Origin: Patellaria atrata CBS 101060
Lineage: Eukaryota
Length of the DNA stretch: 64,000 bases
Direction of reading: 5' to 3'
Assembly (NCBI GenBank): GCA_010093705.1
Contig: MU006095.1
Coordinates: forward strand, 558,001 to 622,000
The position numbers and the translations under genes were made by a program. A model generated the notes under the pieces. It saw only the letters and a program-made list of their open reading frames with translations. It ran no database searches and was not told where the DNA came from. Numbering within the stretch: position 1 is the first letter of the stretch; each line of letters opens with the position of its first letter. Positions 13,021 through 26,158 of this stretch are shown one piece after another.

Positions 13021-13791
13021 ATGAAATCTCTAGCAGACGGCAGGATTCTCTCCGCAATGGCAATTGTACTACTCTCCGCGAGCCTCGTTGAAGCACAACC
13101 CGTAAATAGGAAAACCGAAGTCCAATGTCATTGTTCCATACTCTCCATCTCATCCCAAGCGTCCGGTTCCGTTCATCTACACAGTGAGCTCGATCTTACA
13201 GATCCATGCAGCATGACTGGATCTAAACTCTCGAATTTACGAAATGTGAATCCGTATGAAACCGATTCGCCAATATCAAAACTCTCGCAAGATGGTATGT
13301 TACCACTTTCTGTCCTTCATAAGCTTGTACCCGGTGTGGACGATGGAGAAGGCGTTGTCAAAGAGATTCCTCTGGCTGTCACCCCGGAAATGATCGCCTT
13401 AAGGAGAAAGGAGCCTCAGAAGCGAAGTAGTCTCAATTGCCATCAGGTTTCTAAGAGTTATGGCTATACTTTGAAGGAGCATGCAAAGAGTGAGGGAACA
13501 CTGGGTTTAGCGATGGAAGGGATGAGTCTCGCAAAATGGGTCCTTGTATTAGTTGCAGTAGTTTGTGCAATGGATTCGGTGAGGCTGTTTTTGAAGAGGT
13601 ATGCCCTGAATACATATGAAGCCTTATGACGAGCTAACATCGGTAGGACTCGGGGAACCCATACGGACAATCAAGACAGGTTTCTCTCGGCGAGGGAGGA
13701 AAAGCGTCTACAGAGAGAAAATAGGACGCCGTTAGTAGATTTCAGCAAGGAGGATCAGTCTGGCGGTTATGGAAAGTCAGTGAGGACATGA
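13021..13791 (+). CDS. Hypothetical secreted or single-pass membrane protein; exons 13021-13598 and 13647-13791
   Basis: Hydrophobic signal-like N-terminus (ILSAMAIVLLSASLVEA) and a hydrophobic segment WVLVLVAVVCAM. Intron GTATGC...GCTAAC...TAG at 13599-13646 continues in frame to TGA 13789-13791. Confidence 0.7.
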
Positions 13792-14082
13792 GTATCGCGA
13801 TGTTTTGTCACGAGTCTCCTATTATTCAGTTTTCAAGTTCGATACCCCGACAAGTAACAATTACGGCCTTTGCTTCTCAATGGACCGGGATGGAATGGTT
13901 TTGGTTATTTTCCAGATAAAAATTCAGTTCGTGACTGTTTACGTGCATTCCTAAATACATTGTATTGGTGTTTAGCCCTGGCATGAACCTATGGAACTTT
14001 TGCCTCAACATCATTTCTCGTTCCTTTACAGTTCTTACATTGTTCTCGCATTGTACGATTCTATTCTTCTTCCGTCTTAACC

Positions 14083-15060
14083 ATGATGAATCCGTCACTT
14101 CTCTGTCGCTTCCTTGGTTCCTACGTGCTATTAAGTAACACAGCGACAAATGCCCACGTACTCTATAGGCACGAGGCCGTAAAGGCGGCACCCATAGAAG
14201 AACGACAGTGGACCCAACAATTTGAAGCTATTACCATTATTCCAGAGAAAATCACAACCGCAACACATTATGTGTATGGATACTTCACCCCTTCACCATC
14301 GGCTACTCCCATTCCAATCACCCAGCAGAGCCAAGTTGAAACATCATTCATACCTCAGATAACGATGTGCGTTCTTCCACCAATAGCTTTCTTCGAAGGA
14401 TCTTTCGTCAATACAAATACCATGGGTTCTCCATACTTAAACTACTCCATGTCTATCCCTGATGTACCAGGAACTTGTACCACTGTGTATACTTCAACCT
14501 CTACAACCCTTTGTGCAACCGTTCTGAGCGGCCTTATTAGTCGCGAGACAGTCTCAGATTGCGACCAAACAATAACATTTTCCAGTCAATACGGATATTG
14601 GCTTGAGACACCATCACGCGCACAGAATTGGCCCATGGACACAATCACTCCTATGCTGACGATACATACGTTAATCACATATTATATGGCGCCATGGCAG
14701 GAACTTACGACTGCCGCTCCGCCTACAGATGTATCTGCGAAGATTTGCGATAAGCCTATGGATGGTACTCAGACATGTGTGAGTCAAAGAGAGGTTTGGG
14801 AGGTCCAAATGGTTACATTGACGAGCGTGTATGCCAGCGAAATTGATCTAACCACGAGATTACCAGGGCCAGCTACTTTTTTGATTGAGACGTTTCATCT
14901 AGAACTTACGAAGACGGTCACAACAATAACTTTGTCGACAACTTTGTATCTGAACTATGAGGTTGAGCAGGTATCCATCAGTAGGAGCACAATTACTCCA
15001 ACAACCATTGTGCCATCAGTTTCAATCAATATGATATTATTACCAGCAAATCATATGTAG
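14083..15060 (+). CDS. Secreted Thr-rich, Cys-containing protein of unknown function (may have small extra exons to about 15255)
   Basis: 325-aa ORF with a signal-like N-terminus, spaced Cys residues and the segment YYMAPWQEL. A downstream GTAAGT (15195)...GCTGAT...TAG intron-like signal suggests additional exons. Confidence 0.75.
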   Translation: MMNPSLLCRFLGSYVLLSNTATNAHVLYRHEAVKAAPIEERQWTQQFEAITIIPEKITTATHYVYGYFTPSPSATPIPITQQSQVETSFIPQITMCVLPPIAFFEGSFVNTNTMGSPYLNYSMSIPDVPGTCTTVYTSTSTTLCATVLSGLISRETVSDCDQTITFSSQYGYWLETPSRAQNWPMDTITPMLTIHTLITYYMAPWQELTTAAPPTDVSAKICDKPMDGTQTCVSQREVWEVQMVTLTSVYASEIDLTTRLPGPATFLIETFHLELTKTVTTITLSTTLYLNYEVEQVSISRSTITPTTIVPSVSINMILLPANHM

Positions 15061-15573
15061 GTCTCTCAGGTTTACAAACTCTTCACGTGGCTGAAGATTG
15101 TTGATAGCACGGGTCCTAACCCAACACAAACAAGGACGCGGATGATGCTTTGGAACTCAACAGTCACTCTTCCACCTACTCAAGGGGTCAATCCGTAAGT
15201 GACGATCCATATATAAGGGAAGGAAAGCGCTGATGATAATTTAGAAACGGCTTAAACTACATGCCCCCTTAAGACGCCCCGTGGTACCCCCTTTGGGTCA
15301 TTTCATTACTTCGCTGGCGTTTGTGACTTTCCTTTCTTTTTTGTGGTATTTTGCTGGCACAAGCCGCAAGTCAGTTTTCGTAATCATAATATCGGTATAA
15401 ATCATGCAAGCACATTATCATATGACTCCCGAGCACTGTGACGTGGTACAAACCTTTATGACTATGCTTTCTCGATGATAATTCATCCTCTTTTTTTTTT
15501 AACTAGAACTATCAATCTTCTTATATTTTCCAGAACACATTTACTCTAAATTGAATCATACCTGTCTAACAAT

Positions 15574-18500
15574 ATGCGTCTTCAACATCTTTTACTCTTT
15601 GCATCACTTGCCGCAGCAAATCCCCCAGTACGAGATTCTAAGGGGGTTAGGAGAGATGCGGTTGGACCTAACGACGGAAATACTATAGTCATCACTTCAA
15701 CTGTCTATGTATCCCCTGTACTAAGGTGGCTTTCTAATGGTTGTTCGACGACCAGGACAGTCAAGAAAGTTTCCAGCACCGTAGAATACCTTCCGGCCAT
15801 AGTTGTCTCTCCTCTTGAGATTAGCGACTCACCAGTATTATCAATCGTGCCAATCGAGGATATAACACCCACCGATACCGAAGAGGGCGAGGGTGTATTT
15901 TCAACAATCAGACCGCCTCTGATTGACAGTGCACCGCCAAGTCCAGTTGTGACATGGAGGAGCTCATCAAGTGTCTCCTGGATCACTTTCACAGGAATCC
16001 CTGACAGTTCTATATCTAGAGAGTCGTCTCGTTTGCACCTCAGTAGTTGGGAAGATTCCCCTATTACTCCTCCAACTATCTCCTCAAGCAAACATGCAAC
16101 GACGGTTTTGAGTGATCCTCCCATAACGGAACCTATAGTCAGTATCCAACCGGTTCTGACCTTGACCAGTCCAATTTTTACTTCGATTAAGCCCTCGCAC
16201 GACATTGATGGAAGTACATTCCCCACCCAAGATTCTACATTCGAATCACCGACCATATCTCTATCTCGGCCGACCGCTGCACCTGTACTTGTAAGTACAG
16301 TGACCAATGGGACCACGGGAGGCATAATTCATACCAAGACTTCCCTTCTCTCATCAAACATCATTGAAAGCTCAAGATCTTTTTTAATACCTACACCATC
16401 ATCTTCTTCTTCCGCCTTAGAGACCTCTCTACCGTTAACTACAGACATACCGGTTCGCTCAACGATTCTTTTGCCTTCGCTCCCACAGTATACTCTACCG
16501 CCGATTTCTACTATAACCGAAATCACTACGTTGAGCACGAGGTCATCAAAGTCAAAGTACTGGACAACTCTCCCACGCTTCCCTAAGTCTTCTTCTAGCC
16601 TTAGACATAGTGATAACAAGGCCGGAATCATGGGTTCAGTCGCTCTAACTCTTTCCAATAATATATCAACATCCACATCGACACTTCCCTCACTCTCTTC
16701 CTCCATATGCACTTCAACAGGATATACCCCACCGATTCCAGCGTTGGCCGCTACAATGCATGTACCGAGCGATGAGAGTGTACAAGTACAAGCAACAGGA
16801 ATATCTCTCGGTCAAGTTAGCACCTCAACTTTGATATTGGGACATCCAACTTTAAGTTTGATGAGCATTTCAACGAACCCGATTCCTCCCCCTGTCTTCG
16901 TCACCATCCCGAGTAGTTCTCCAGATCTGGGTGATAGCTTCACAGCCGCTCTAGGACCGAGTACAACAAGTATTCTTGATGGTACCAATGGGACCGACTC
17001 CGATTCCGGTATTGGATATCACTTCTAGGGCAGATAGTATAAACGGAACAGTTACACTTTTCTTCAATGCCGGATTTGAGACGGGGATTTCGGGGAGCTC
17101 GCTTTGTACGAATACACGGACTTTGTATGATACTACCTACGAGATTCTAGCGAGCACATCTGATCCAACTGCCGGTGCGGTAACCGGAGCTGCTGGTACC
17201 CCGTTTGAACAACTTTTAGGAACATCAATAGACAGGAGAGAAACGTTGGAGCCTAGTGCTGCGATGTCTTTCCTTTCATCGGTGCTGGCAACGCGGGCGA
17301 CGATTCGATTGGGAGCCCCTTTGCATAGTTCTAATAATGCCCCTTCTTCTGCCAGTTTATTAGGAGATACCGTCTTTACTGAGAATCCAGGCTTCATCGG
17401 TGTGCCTGGTGCTTCTACTGGATCTGTCTCAAGAGACGGGAGCATATTTCTAACCCTTAGTCTGTCTAGAGTAACGATCCCGAAATCGAGAGCTGACTTT
17501 TCGGCCCCGAGGATGACTACCTTTACTCTCAGCTCTGGGAACGGGGAGGGAAGTGCGAGTCTGATAACGGTAATCAGGACGGTGAGGGCGACTCGGACTG
17601 TATATACGGATCCAACCTCCTCCCCGCCGATGTTGACTTCGAACTCACCGATTTCTTTATCCTCGAGTAACCTGGGAAGCGTGGTCTCAGACATTTCTGG
17701 GAACAGCGAGGGAAGTGCCAGTCTCATAACAATAATCAGAACGGTGAGGTCAACTCAGACTGTATATACGGACCCAACTTCCTCCCCACCGATGTTAACT
17801 TCACACTCATCGGTTCACCTACCCTCGAGTGGCGGTCCGGGAAGCATAGTCTCAAACATTCTAGGGAACGGCTCAGGTGGTATCGAAGTTGTTACGATTA
17901 CTAGTACGGTTACGAGGACTACTCGAGTCGAATCAACGGGGTATTCAACATCGACTCATCCTCCGTCATTGTCAGAAGGGTCAGAGTCTGTGTTATCTTC
18001 TCCCACTCCTTTTACCTCACCATATTCTTCTATCTTAGCGTCACCCTCTGTTCTATCATCACATTCCGTTGTGACATCACCACCTACCTTCCACTCCTCC
18101 CCCACCCTGCCATCACCCTCCGTGCAGTCATCGCCACCCAGCGACTCTATCCCCGCTACTATAACTCTCTCAGCACTCACCCTTCAAATCTTCTTCTCTT
18201 CTCTTATCCCTACTCCCACTCTTACCTCAGACCTAATAGCAATGATGGCAACACCCCGTCTCTCTCTCTTGACTTCCACCTTGAGCGACTTAACAAACAT
18301 CCAACTCCTATCCTTTCCAGCGACCACCCTCCCCGTGTCACCAGTCTTCGGCACCTCCTCTGCTGGCAATACCGTCGACTCCGTCCCAGGAACCAGTATC
18401 CCGTCCTTTGGACCCGCTATCGACCCCTTTCCACCCGGCTTCACGCATTTTCCTCCCCGTGGGTCTGGCGCTGGAAATACATCTCCACCCACGACGTCGA

Positions 18501-18655
18501 CAATCACAATTTCCCCAACCCCAGCAGAGAGTAAGACTCCTCCTCCTCCTTCTTCTGATCCTCATCCACGTCCACCTCCCTCGAGAAGCGAGACTCAGAG
18601 ACCCAACAAGCCCCCGACGCAGACGACGGTGGCGGCTGGGTTGCTAGCATCCTAG
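15574..18655 (+). CDS. Ser/Thr/Pro-rich mucin-like secreted protein, split over two frames (intron, frameshift or pseudogene)
   Basis: Signal peptide MRLQHLLLFASLAAA. ORFs 15574-17028 and 16976-18655 overlap in different frames and share the same S/T/P composition. Confidence 0.6.
17534..17865 (+). repeat. Two diverged tandem copies of a 162-nt (54-aa) coding repeat
   Basis: SGNGEGSASLITVIRTVRATRTVYTDPTSSPPMLTS starts at 17534 and SGNSEGSASLITIIRTVRSTQTVYTDPTSSPPMLTS at 17696. Confidence 0.9.
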
Positions 18656-20594
18656 CCAAATTGCCGAATATTTTCCGTCGAGGCCATTCTCCTAACTCCT
18701 TACTGCAGGAGACAGCAATGGAGTAGAGAAGCGGGATACAGTCAAATATACCGACACTGAAGTAGCTCCACACTCATCCCCCACCACCTCATCCTCGCAA
18801 CCGTCTCACTACGGCATCATCCCCCTAAAACGAAATTCAAATCCCCGAGTCGGAATCGGAGGAGAGTAGTTTTGCATGGCTCACTAGGCGACGGGATTGT
18901 GAACTTTTCCGTGGGAGAAAGGGGGGAGGGGGGAGGGGGGGAGGTGTTTAGGGCTGTTAAAGTCGAAGTTGAGAGACGGGATTCAAATGGTTTCAAACCA
19001 TCAACACTATCCAAACGAACATATCCATACCCACGCTAACACCGATAACGGGTACAATACCCAACTCGCTGGCCAGGAGAGCTCTACGCACTCTTCAATT
19101 TCGCATTTATACCACCCATCTTCTTCTGCGAGTTTGGGCCTGCAAACGCTGGCGACGCTTCCCTCGACTTCGACTTCGACCTTGACTGACGGTGCAGCTT
19201 TGCTGGCTGCGAATGAGATGGGGTTTGATGGTATTAAGAAGGGTGGACGTTGGGAAGGGAAGGGGGAGTGGGGGGGAGAGGGAGACCGAGGCCGAAACTT
19301 CATGAAAACGGAAATGGGACACAGACGGGAGGGAGGATTCTTTTACGCCCGACTTGGATAGGGGTGTGAGTGGGGGTGTTTTCAGGTATAATGTATCTTT
19401 GATGTTGTTTTAAATCCTGGGTTAGAACTAGAGGTCTGTTGTGTTGGGTCTATGATGTAGCATAGTATTTATTTCAAAGAGGTATTAGTATTTTCTCCAG
19501 CAGCGTAGAGTCATGCGTCTAAGGCTTGCGGCAACGAGGGTTGGTATCTCACATCGTTTCTCCACAGTCGCCTATTTGACATCGAGGCTATATCCCATGT
19601 ATGTGAGTGATTTCAGATGTTATGGGAGGCAGTATAACGGGTTCATGCGTCCGGGTGCTTGATATTGATGCGGTGGACCCGGCGGTGGTTGCTGTCGTCC
19701 GTATCCGGTCGGTTGCTTACCATTACTCGGTCCGTATCCAGCGGCCGGTTGCCGAACGGGCGGCTGCGATGGCTGGCCATACGTTGTTGGGGAATTGGAG
19801 CTGGTTGCACGTGGATTTGCGGTGGTTGATGGACTACTTAGTCGCTCCGGAACGGGTCCGTCGCCTGGTGATCCGTCATGACCGAGGACGCGGGTGATGA
19901 GGTTTGCACTGTACTGTACATTAGGAGCTATGTATGTCCCCTATGGCAAAATAGAATTCAGATTCAGACCTACTTCTGGTTTGACCGTACACTTAATCCA
20001 GGTATAGTCAGGACTGAAGAAAAGATAATATTTACTATATATATACATAATTCCGATATTATTACGGGAAGTGAGTAGCCATGTATTCAGCGACATGGGG
20101 GATACAGGTAACCAGTCCGGTCGGAGGTGTGTAGGGACTTATGGGGAGAGGCGGGATTGGAGTTAAGAGTTAGGGGAGTGGATGTTTTGGTATACGTTAG
20201 GCTGGATGGTTGGAATTGAGAGGGGGTAGTGCGTGTGGGTAGGAGGAATTTTGGGGTTATTATGGGGAGGGAGGGTAGATTTGAGTTCAGTGATGAAGGG
20301 AATGCGGATGATATGTGTTCCAGGACCTATGTATCTCCTTGTATAGCAAAAGCGGAATGGACATTTTTAGCTAGTGAGCACTTGGGTGTTATATACTTGG
20401 TCTGGGGGAACGTAATTCTGTTCGAATTAAGGGGCCGCATACGCTACGGGATATTATAGATACAACATACGGTTGATTGCCTTCTAGTACTGATACAACT
20501 TATTGATTATGCTACCGAGGAGCCTCTAACCCCATCCCACTCGCACAGAACAATATCCAAACAGTACAGATATTCTGTACGCAGACTACCGGCA

Positions 20595-21568
20595 TCAATT
20601 GACACCACCGGGTATGTCAGGGAAGAGAAATGTATCTTCAAGGAGCTCCCATTTCGGCGTGCCTTCGAGTGACTCTTCAGGGGGGAAGTTTGCCTTGTGA
20701 AAGCTGCACCGCCACAGCTCCCCTTTATCCTGCTTACAGACCGTCCATGAGGTGTTGCCCCGATTGTATTGAACCATCCTGAGACGGGGGAGGTCTTCAG
20801 CGGTCTCTTTGACGGTCTCGTGGAGCTGGTTTATCGTCCCCGATCTATACCGATATCCAACTTTCAAGACCAGAGTTGTGAGATTCGGCATTGCTTCGAG
20901 GTAGTTCAAGAGTTCGTCGGAGAGGTCCTCGTCCTGAAGCTCTTCGAGAGTGAAGTCCCGTAGCTGATATCTGCGCGTGTATCCTCCATTTTCGCGCATG
21001 CGGTTCATGTACTTTCAGACCCAACCCTGGTCTATATCCAACGTGACGTTTCGCACGAATGCTAGGAAGGTGTTGGTGGGGAGGTTGTCTCGGATACCAA
21101 GACGCAAATTTGATACGTTGAATGGGAGTGGTGGTCGGGGCCATAGTCCCCAATGGAGCTTGCAAACTTGATAAACAAAAACTGCTGGAAAGACGAATTT
21201 TGTTCGTTTGGCTATTGCTTCAGCGTACTCAGCACTGATTTGTCGATTCACTAAGAGGAGAGGATGGCATGAAGGGTGTAGTCCGTCATCTTTTTTCTTC
21301 TTTGTCTTCTCGTCACTTTCTCGAGCCTCTACTTCCTCTTGTCGTTGAACAAGCGAGAATATATCATAATATCGTTCAAGGTCGGTCTTGGCCGTAAAAA
21401 CTATCAACTCTTCATATACCATCAAGCGGAGCTCAGCGGAAAGGGCAAGAAAAGGGAAGTAATCCTGCCTGGAATAGTAGAATTTTTAGCGGGTTTTCGA
21501 GATCATCTAGGAAAGGTTCGTAAAGATTCGGGTCGCCCTTATTACAATGGGTTAGCGCGACCAGGCAT
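20595..21568 (-). pseudogene. F-box-like hypothetical protein with an in-frame TGA at 21015-21017
   Basis: ATG 21568 plus a GTAATA...CTAA...CCAG intron gives MPGRANPLQDYFPFLALSAELRLMVYEEL (F-box-like), then LLLVNRQISAEY. ORFs 21015-21425 and 20595-21008 are in the same frame, separated only by GWV*KYM. Confidence 0.6.
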
Positions 21569-23779
21569 TTGATGCTGAAGTTAAAGATTACAAGTTGTGA
21601 ATTCATAGGTGATTCGGTTCAACTGATTTTGATATTCGAAACGGTGAGTAGCGCGATTGGTGAGAGCCAAATGACCCATGAATTACAACTGCGGGAACTT
21701 GCTCCAGATAGAAAGGAAACAGAGCAGCTCTGAATGATAATGTGCAACACAGCTGGAAGAGCTGGGGGAAGGGGTGTTGGATTAAGATGCGGCGATAGAG
21801 AAATGTTGTAGGAAGTGGAGAAGGTTGAGGTCGAGGCGATGTTGTGAATAGATTTACAAACGCTACAAAACTTGAATTTAAATTTGTGGGTAGAAGTTGT
21901 GAATATCTCGTCGAAGACTCGGTTTGTGTACACGTGATTGTGTACCTGTTGAAAGACCGAGCCATCAGACCTCCTATGCGCAGGAGATAATTGCGGCCAG
22001 CTTCAATGACAATATGCAAGGCTTCCATTGTGCGTGACGGAAGAATAGCGGTATATGTGAATATCTAGTTCACGAGAATCCACCACCGAGCGAGAAGAGA
22101 TGTCCTCGTTTGAATGCTTCCTTCGAGACGACTATAGAATAACGAATTGTGGAAGCGCAAGAGGGATGAGTGATAGTTTACTGAGCGGACCTATTCGCCT
22201 GAAATATCTGATTCGTGGTGAACATAAAGCATCATGAAGTAATAGCTCGATGGCAAGAAGATGAGGTTAGCTTGAGGGTCGTGATGCCCACTGCTTGCTC
22301 CCGAAGGTCATATGGTGAGAGTGTAAGATGAATTGAAAGGCCTGGAAGCAATGAAACGACATTTATTTTTGCTGATGACTTTGGTTCATAAATTTAGTAT
22401 TCCGTATTGGAATGGGGATTTATTTCGAAATATTCAGGAAACGTTGACACTCTACTCGGATGGTTGCTGTACAGGTCAGTTGCTGTACGCCAGTACCTTC
22501 AAACAACATCAAGTCAGAAATACCGATAGTTCTTCATGCGTGGTATCTCCTTTCATGTTAGGACAGCTATGACTGACGGTACAGTAGGCTTCTAGCAGAA
22601 CCACCTTCGACTTGACGATATATGGATAAGATAGTCACGTTCAAGTCGGCTTAAGCAGTACCTTGCTACATTGTGTTCAACGATAAGCGTACTGTACAGT
22701 ACATAAACTGAGGGAGACCAGATAGAGTAAGTGTGTATACTGTACAGTTGCTGTCATTTGTATGATTTCGTCTTAGAATTTGAAAATGGATTCATGGTGA
22801 AGTCTTTCAGATGAAAGAAAAGAAAAAGGAGGTGGAAGCGAGAAATTATTGACGGGGATAGACGTTATCAACGGACCGGGATAAAGCCGGGAAGTGGGAA
22901 GTGGGAAATTGAGGTTAGAGATTGATCCGGGATTCTGGGATCCTTCACTCTTTCCCGATCTCGTACTTTCCCTTGGGATAAGACACAAATAGAAGGCGCG
23001 TGTTGGCTCATGCATTATTCATGCATTATTCATGCATCACGAATATGGGACTGCGGGACACTCTCAAACCTGAGTACTACTGTCTCGGAAATCTTTGGGG
23101 ACCTTTGTAAACTACAATTATAGAGAACTCCTCATATGAGCGAATGTCCTGTAGAACATGGATCAATGATGCTGACGATTAGTATGCAGCTTTGGTGCAG
23201 TAGTGAAATTAGTGAGGTGGATGGCGCTGAAGATAACCTGCACGGTATTCTCGAAGTTCCATGTTCACTTGAAAGAGTTTGCGACGCGTGGTGTACAACC
23301 AATGGGGGGCCAGAAAAGGGGCATTTGGGGGTTGTTGATAGGCGGTTCTGGGTACTTTGGTACCTACTTCTCGGGGTACCAGTACCTATTCTCACCACGG
23401 TAAAGCGTGCAAGAAATAGACAAACAGCCAAAAAGAGCTTGACCTTTGCTGCACCACTCCCCGCAGGCGCAAGCCGGCCACTTTCCAACTTTCCCTTTCA
23501 ACTTCACCACCACATCCTGTTGATAACTTCCAGCTTCCACTTCGCTTCTTTTCTTTCCGACCTCTTACGACGACATCACAACTCTCTACAACCTGAGCGA
23601 CACCATACAGCTCCCTTTGCCGTTGCACCAACGATTTGTCGCGGCCCGTGTCTCAGCGCAATCCAGGTCCCATTGAACGACCTATCATCTCAACATCTCA
23701 AAATCTCAACGAGATAATAACATACCCATTCTTCATGGATCCATTCTGTCGATAGAGATTATAATATTCCCTCGCCATA

Positions 23780-26158
23780 ATGCTTCGTCCGGCGACACCA
23801 CTATCCATTCTATTCTTCGCCGCCTTCGTCTTGCTTCTCCTTTCCACCCTATCAACCCCGATCATCAAGGCCATTCCTCTCGCAACCGTCGAGGGTGTCA
23901 ATTTCGGTGTCCTAGGATATTGTAGGGGAGATGACTGTAGTGGCATAAGTGTCGGATACAGTACCGGTATGTCTATGCCACTGGACTTGTTGTCGTCCAG
24001 AAGATCCCCGTCCGCCTCCCTTATGAGCCGCTTGCATCTACACTTCAGCGATATTGGAATTTATGGATATAGAGCGCTTTGCTAACAACGCCGCTTTTAG
24101 ACCGATTGTCCCAAAATGGAGACTTCTCTTTACCTTCGAGTACTCGTAATTCACTTTCTTCCATTCTTATCGTCCACCCAGTTGCGACTTTACTTACATT
24201 AATTTGCTTTGGCCTTGCAGTGGCCGCTCACTTTCATGCCCCAGCACATTCACCCAAATATCTATTAGCACTTTTGATTTTAACATTCCCCACTCTTCTA
24301 GTCACACTTCTTGCTTTCTTAGTTGACCTTTTATTGTTTGTTCCACATGTTGCATGGGGAGGATGGGTTGTACTGGCAGCCACCATTATAATTGTTGCCA
24401 GCGGCGTAGTAACATGTGCAATGCGTCGCACATTGGTCAGTCGGAAAGCTCGGAAGAAGAGGATTGCGGAAAATAATGAGATGAATGGGGTGAACTATCA
24501 AGCCAGTCGCAACCATCCCACAATACCATTACCTCGGGCAGAATCACCGCCACCTCTCAACACCAATGGTCATAACGGAGATAAATTACCCGCATTTGCA
24601 GCGTTCGAACTCCAAAACAACAAACAGCTATCTGAAGATCGGACCCCGCTGAACCCTCGGAATCCATCCATAAGAAGCGCAAGTACTAATGGAGGCCACA
24701 CACTGGACATGGACGGTAGCCCTACAGGATATGAGGATCGACCACCTTTACCCTCGGTAACTATGACTCCGGGTCGAAACCGTGGACCACCACCAAGAGA
24801 CCAATACGGCAACCCTATTCCACCACAAGCGATGCAACGCAGGAGATCTGCTGAAGGAAGTATGAGATCCAACGGGATGAATGGTGGACCTCCGGGTTAT
24901 GGGCGTGGACGTGGAGGATACCCTCCAAGAGGTGGACCTATGCCAAGAGGTGGTTATGGTCCGAGAGGTGGACCGCAAAATCGTGGACCTCCACCACCAG
25001 GATGGAATGGGAATGGGAATGGGAATGGAAGAGGGATGGGGCCTATAGGACCTCCCCCAATGAACCGTGGAGGGATGATGATGGGAAGAGGAGGCCATCC
25101 ACCGGGGTACGATAACAGGTACTACGGACAGCCACCGAGTAGAGAGCAATCACCGTACGGTCAGAGAAGAGATATGTCTCCAGCGCCTCCGATGCCTCCA
25201 ATGCAAGGTCCAGGAATGATAGGACAAGCCATCGAGATGGATGCTAGATCAGGTGCTCCGTCAGGACAAAATTCTCCTACAAGGACGCAGAATTACGGTC
25301 TACGGGATAGCGACGGGGATGTCATGGGGATGATCAACCTGCAACAACAGCGTCAAGCGGGAGACATTCACTCAAGACGAGGTTCGAGCGGACCCATCAA
25401 CTCCGAGTATGCCCAAGAGTAAGCTCCCCTCCTCACACCCATTCACTCCTAAATATCCAGATCCTAACTCAACGAGCAGTTCCTACGTCCCCGCCCGCGC
25501 AAACTGGGGTCCTCCACCTATCCACTTCCAACAAAATAACTCCTCCAACACACTCAACAGCTCCAATTCCCGCGGCCTGTCGCCCATTCAAGACTCTCCC
25601 CGACAAACCCCAGTCGAGCTTGCAGCCGATACCACACCAAAGGTCACGCACACTCGCTCAAACTCAGAACAGTACTACGAAGATGTAGACCCACGCTTCG
25701 CGCAATCCGATCCCACTCCCCCCCAACCGCCACAACCAGTAGCACTCCCTTCATCACTCGTCCCAGGCTACGTTCAATCCCAAACAGCAACCCATCTCCA
25801 CCCTCCCAACTCCGCTCTCCCTTCCTCAACGCTCGAGCGCGATCCTTCCTACGAAAGTATCGCAGAAGGCGCACGCTCCCCTGCGGCGTCTGAAGCGTCA
25901 CATTTCACCTCTATTTCCCAGCGCGGCGTGAATCCGAATTGGAGACCACCGCCTCCCCCACAGCCACATATGAGCGGATATCCCCCGCCGAGGAGACCGG
26001 ACGTTATACTAGAAGCGAACCCGGATTTCGCGCTTAACCCAACGAAACTGAACAGGAGGCCTGTGAGTACGGGACCGAATGGAGGGAGGCAGCCGGGGAT
26101 GATCAATTTGGGTGGTGTGGGGGCGCAGGGGAGATATCCCGGGCCTGAGGCGATATAG
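23780..26158 (+). CDS. palI: pH-response regulator PalI/Rim9 (SUR7/PalI family) with long Pro/Gly-rich tail; introns about 23968-24100 and 25419-25478
   Basis: N-terminus MLRPATPLSILFFAAFVLLLLSTLSTPII and the FGVLGYC motif. Hydrophobic helices include LAFLVDLLLFVPHVAWGGW, followed by CAMRRTLVSRKARKKRIAEN. Splice sites are canonical. Confidence 0.9.

Noticed and set aside
23009..23037. CATGCATTATT tandem repeat, and a similar short duplication at 55105-55137
   Set aside because: Simple slippage duplications of 2-3 copies with no spacers; not CRISPR-like.
23136..23717. 193-aa ORF upstream of palI and its antisense ORFs
   Set aside because: No protein-like features; it overlaps the expected palI promoter and 5' UTR.
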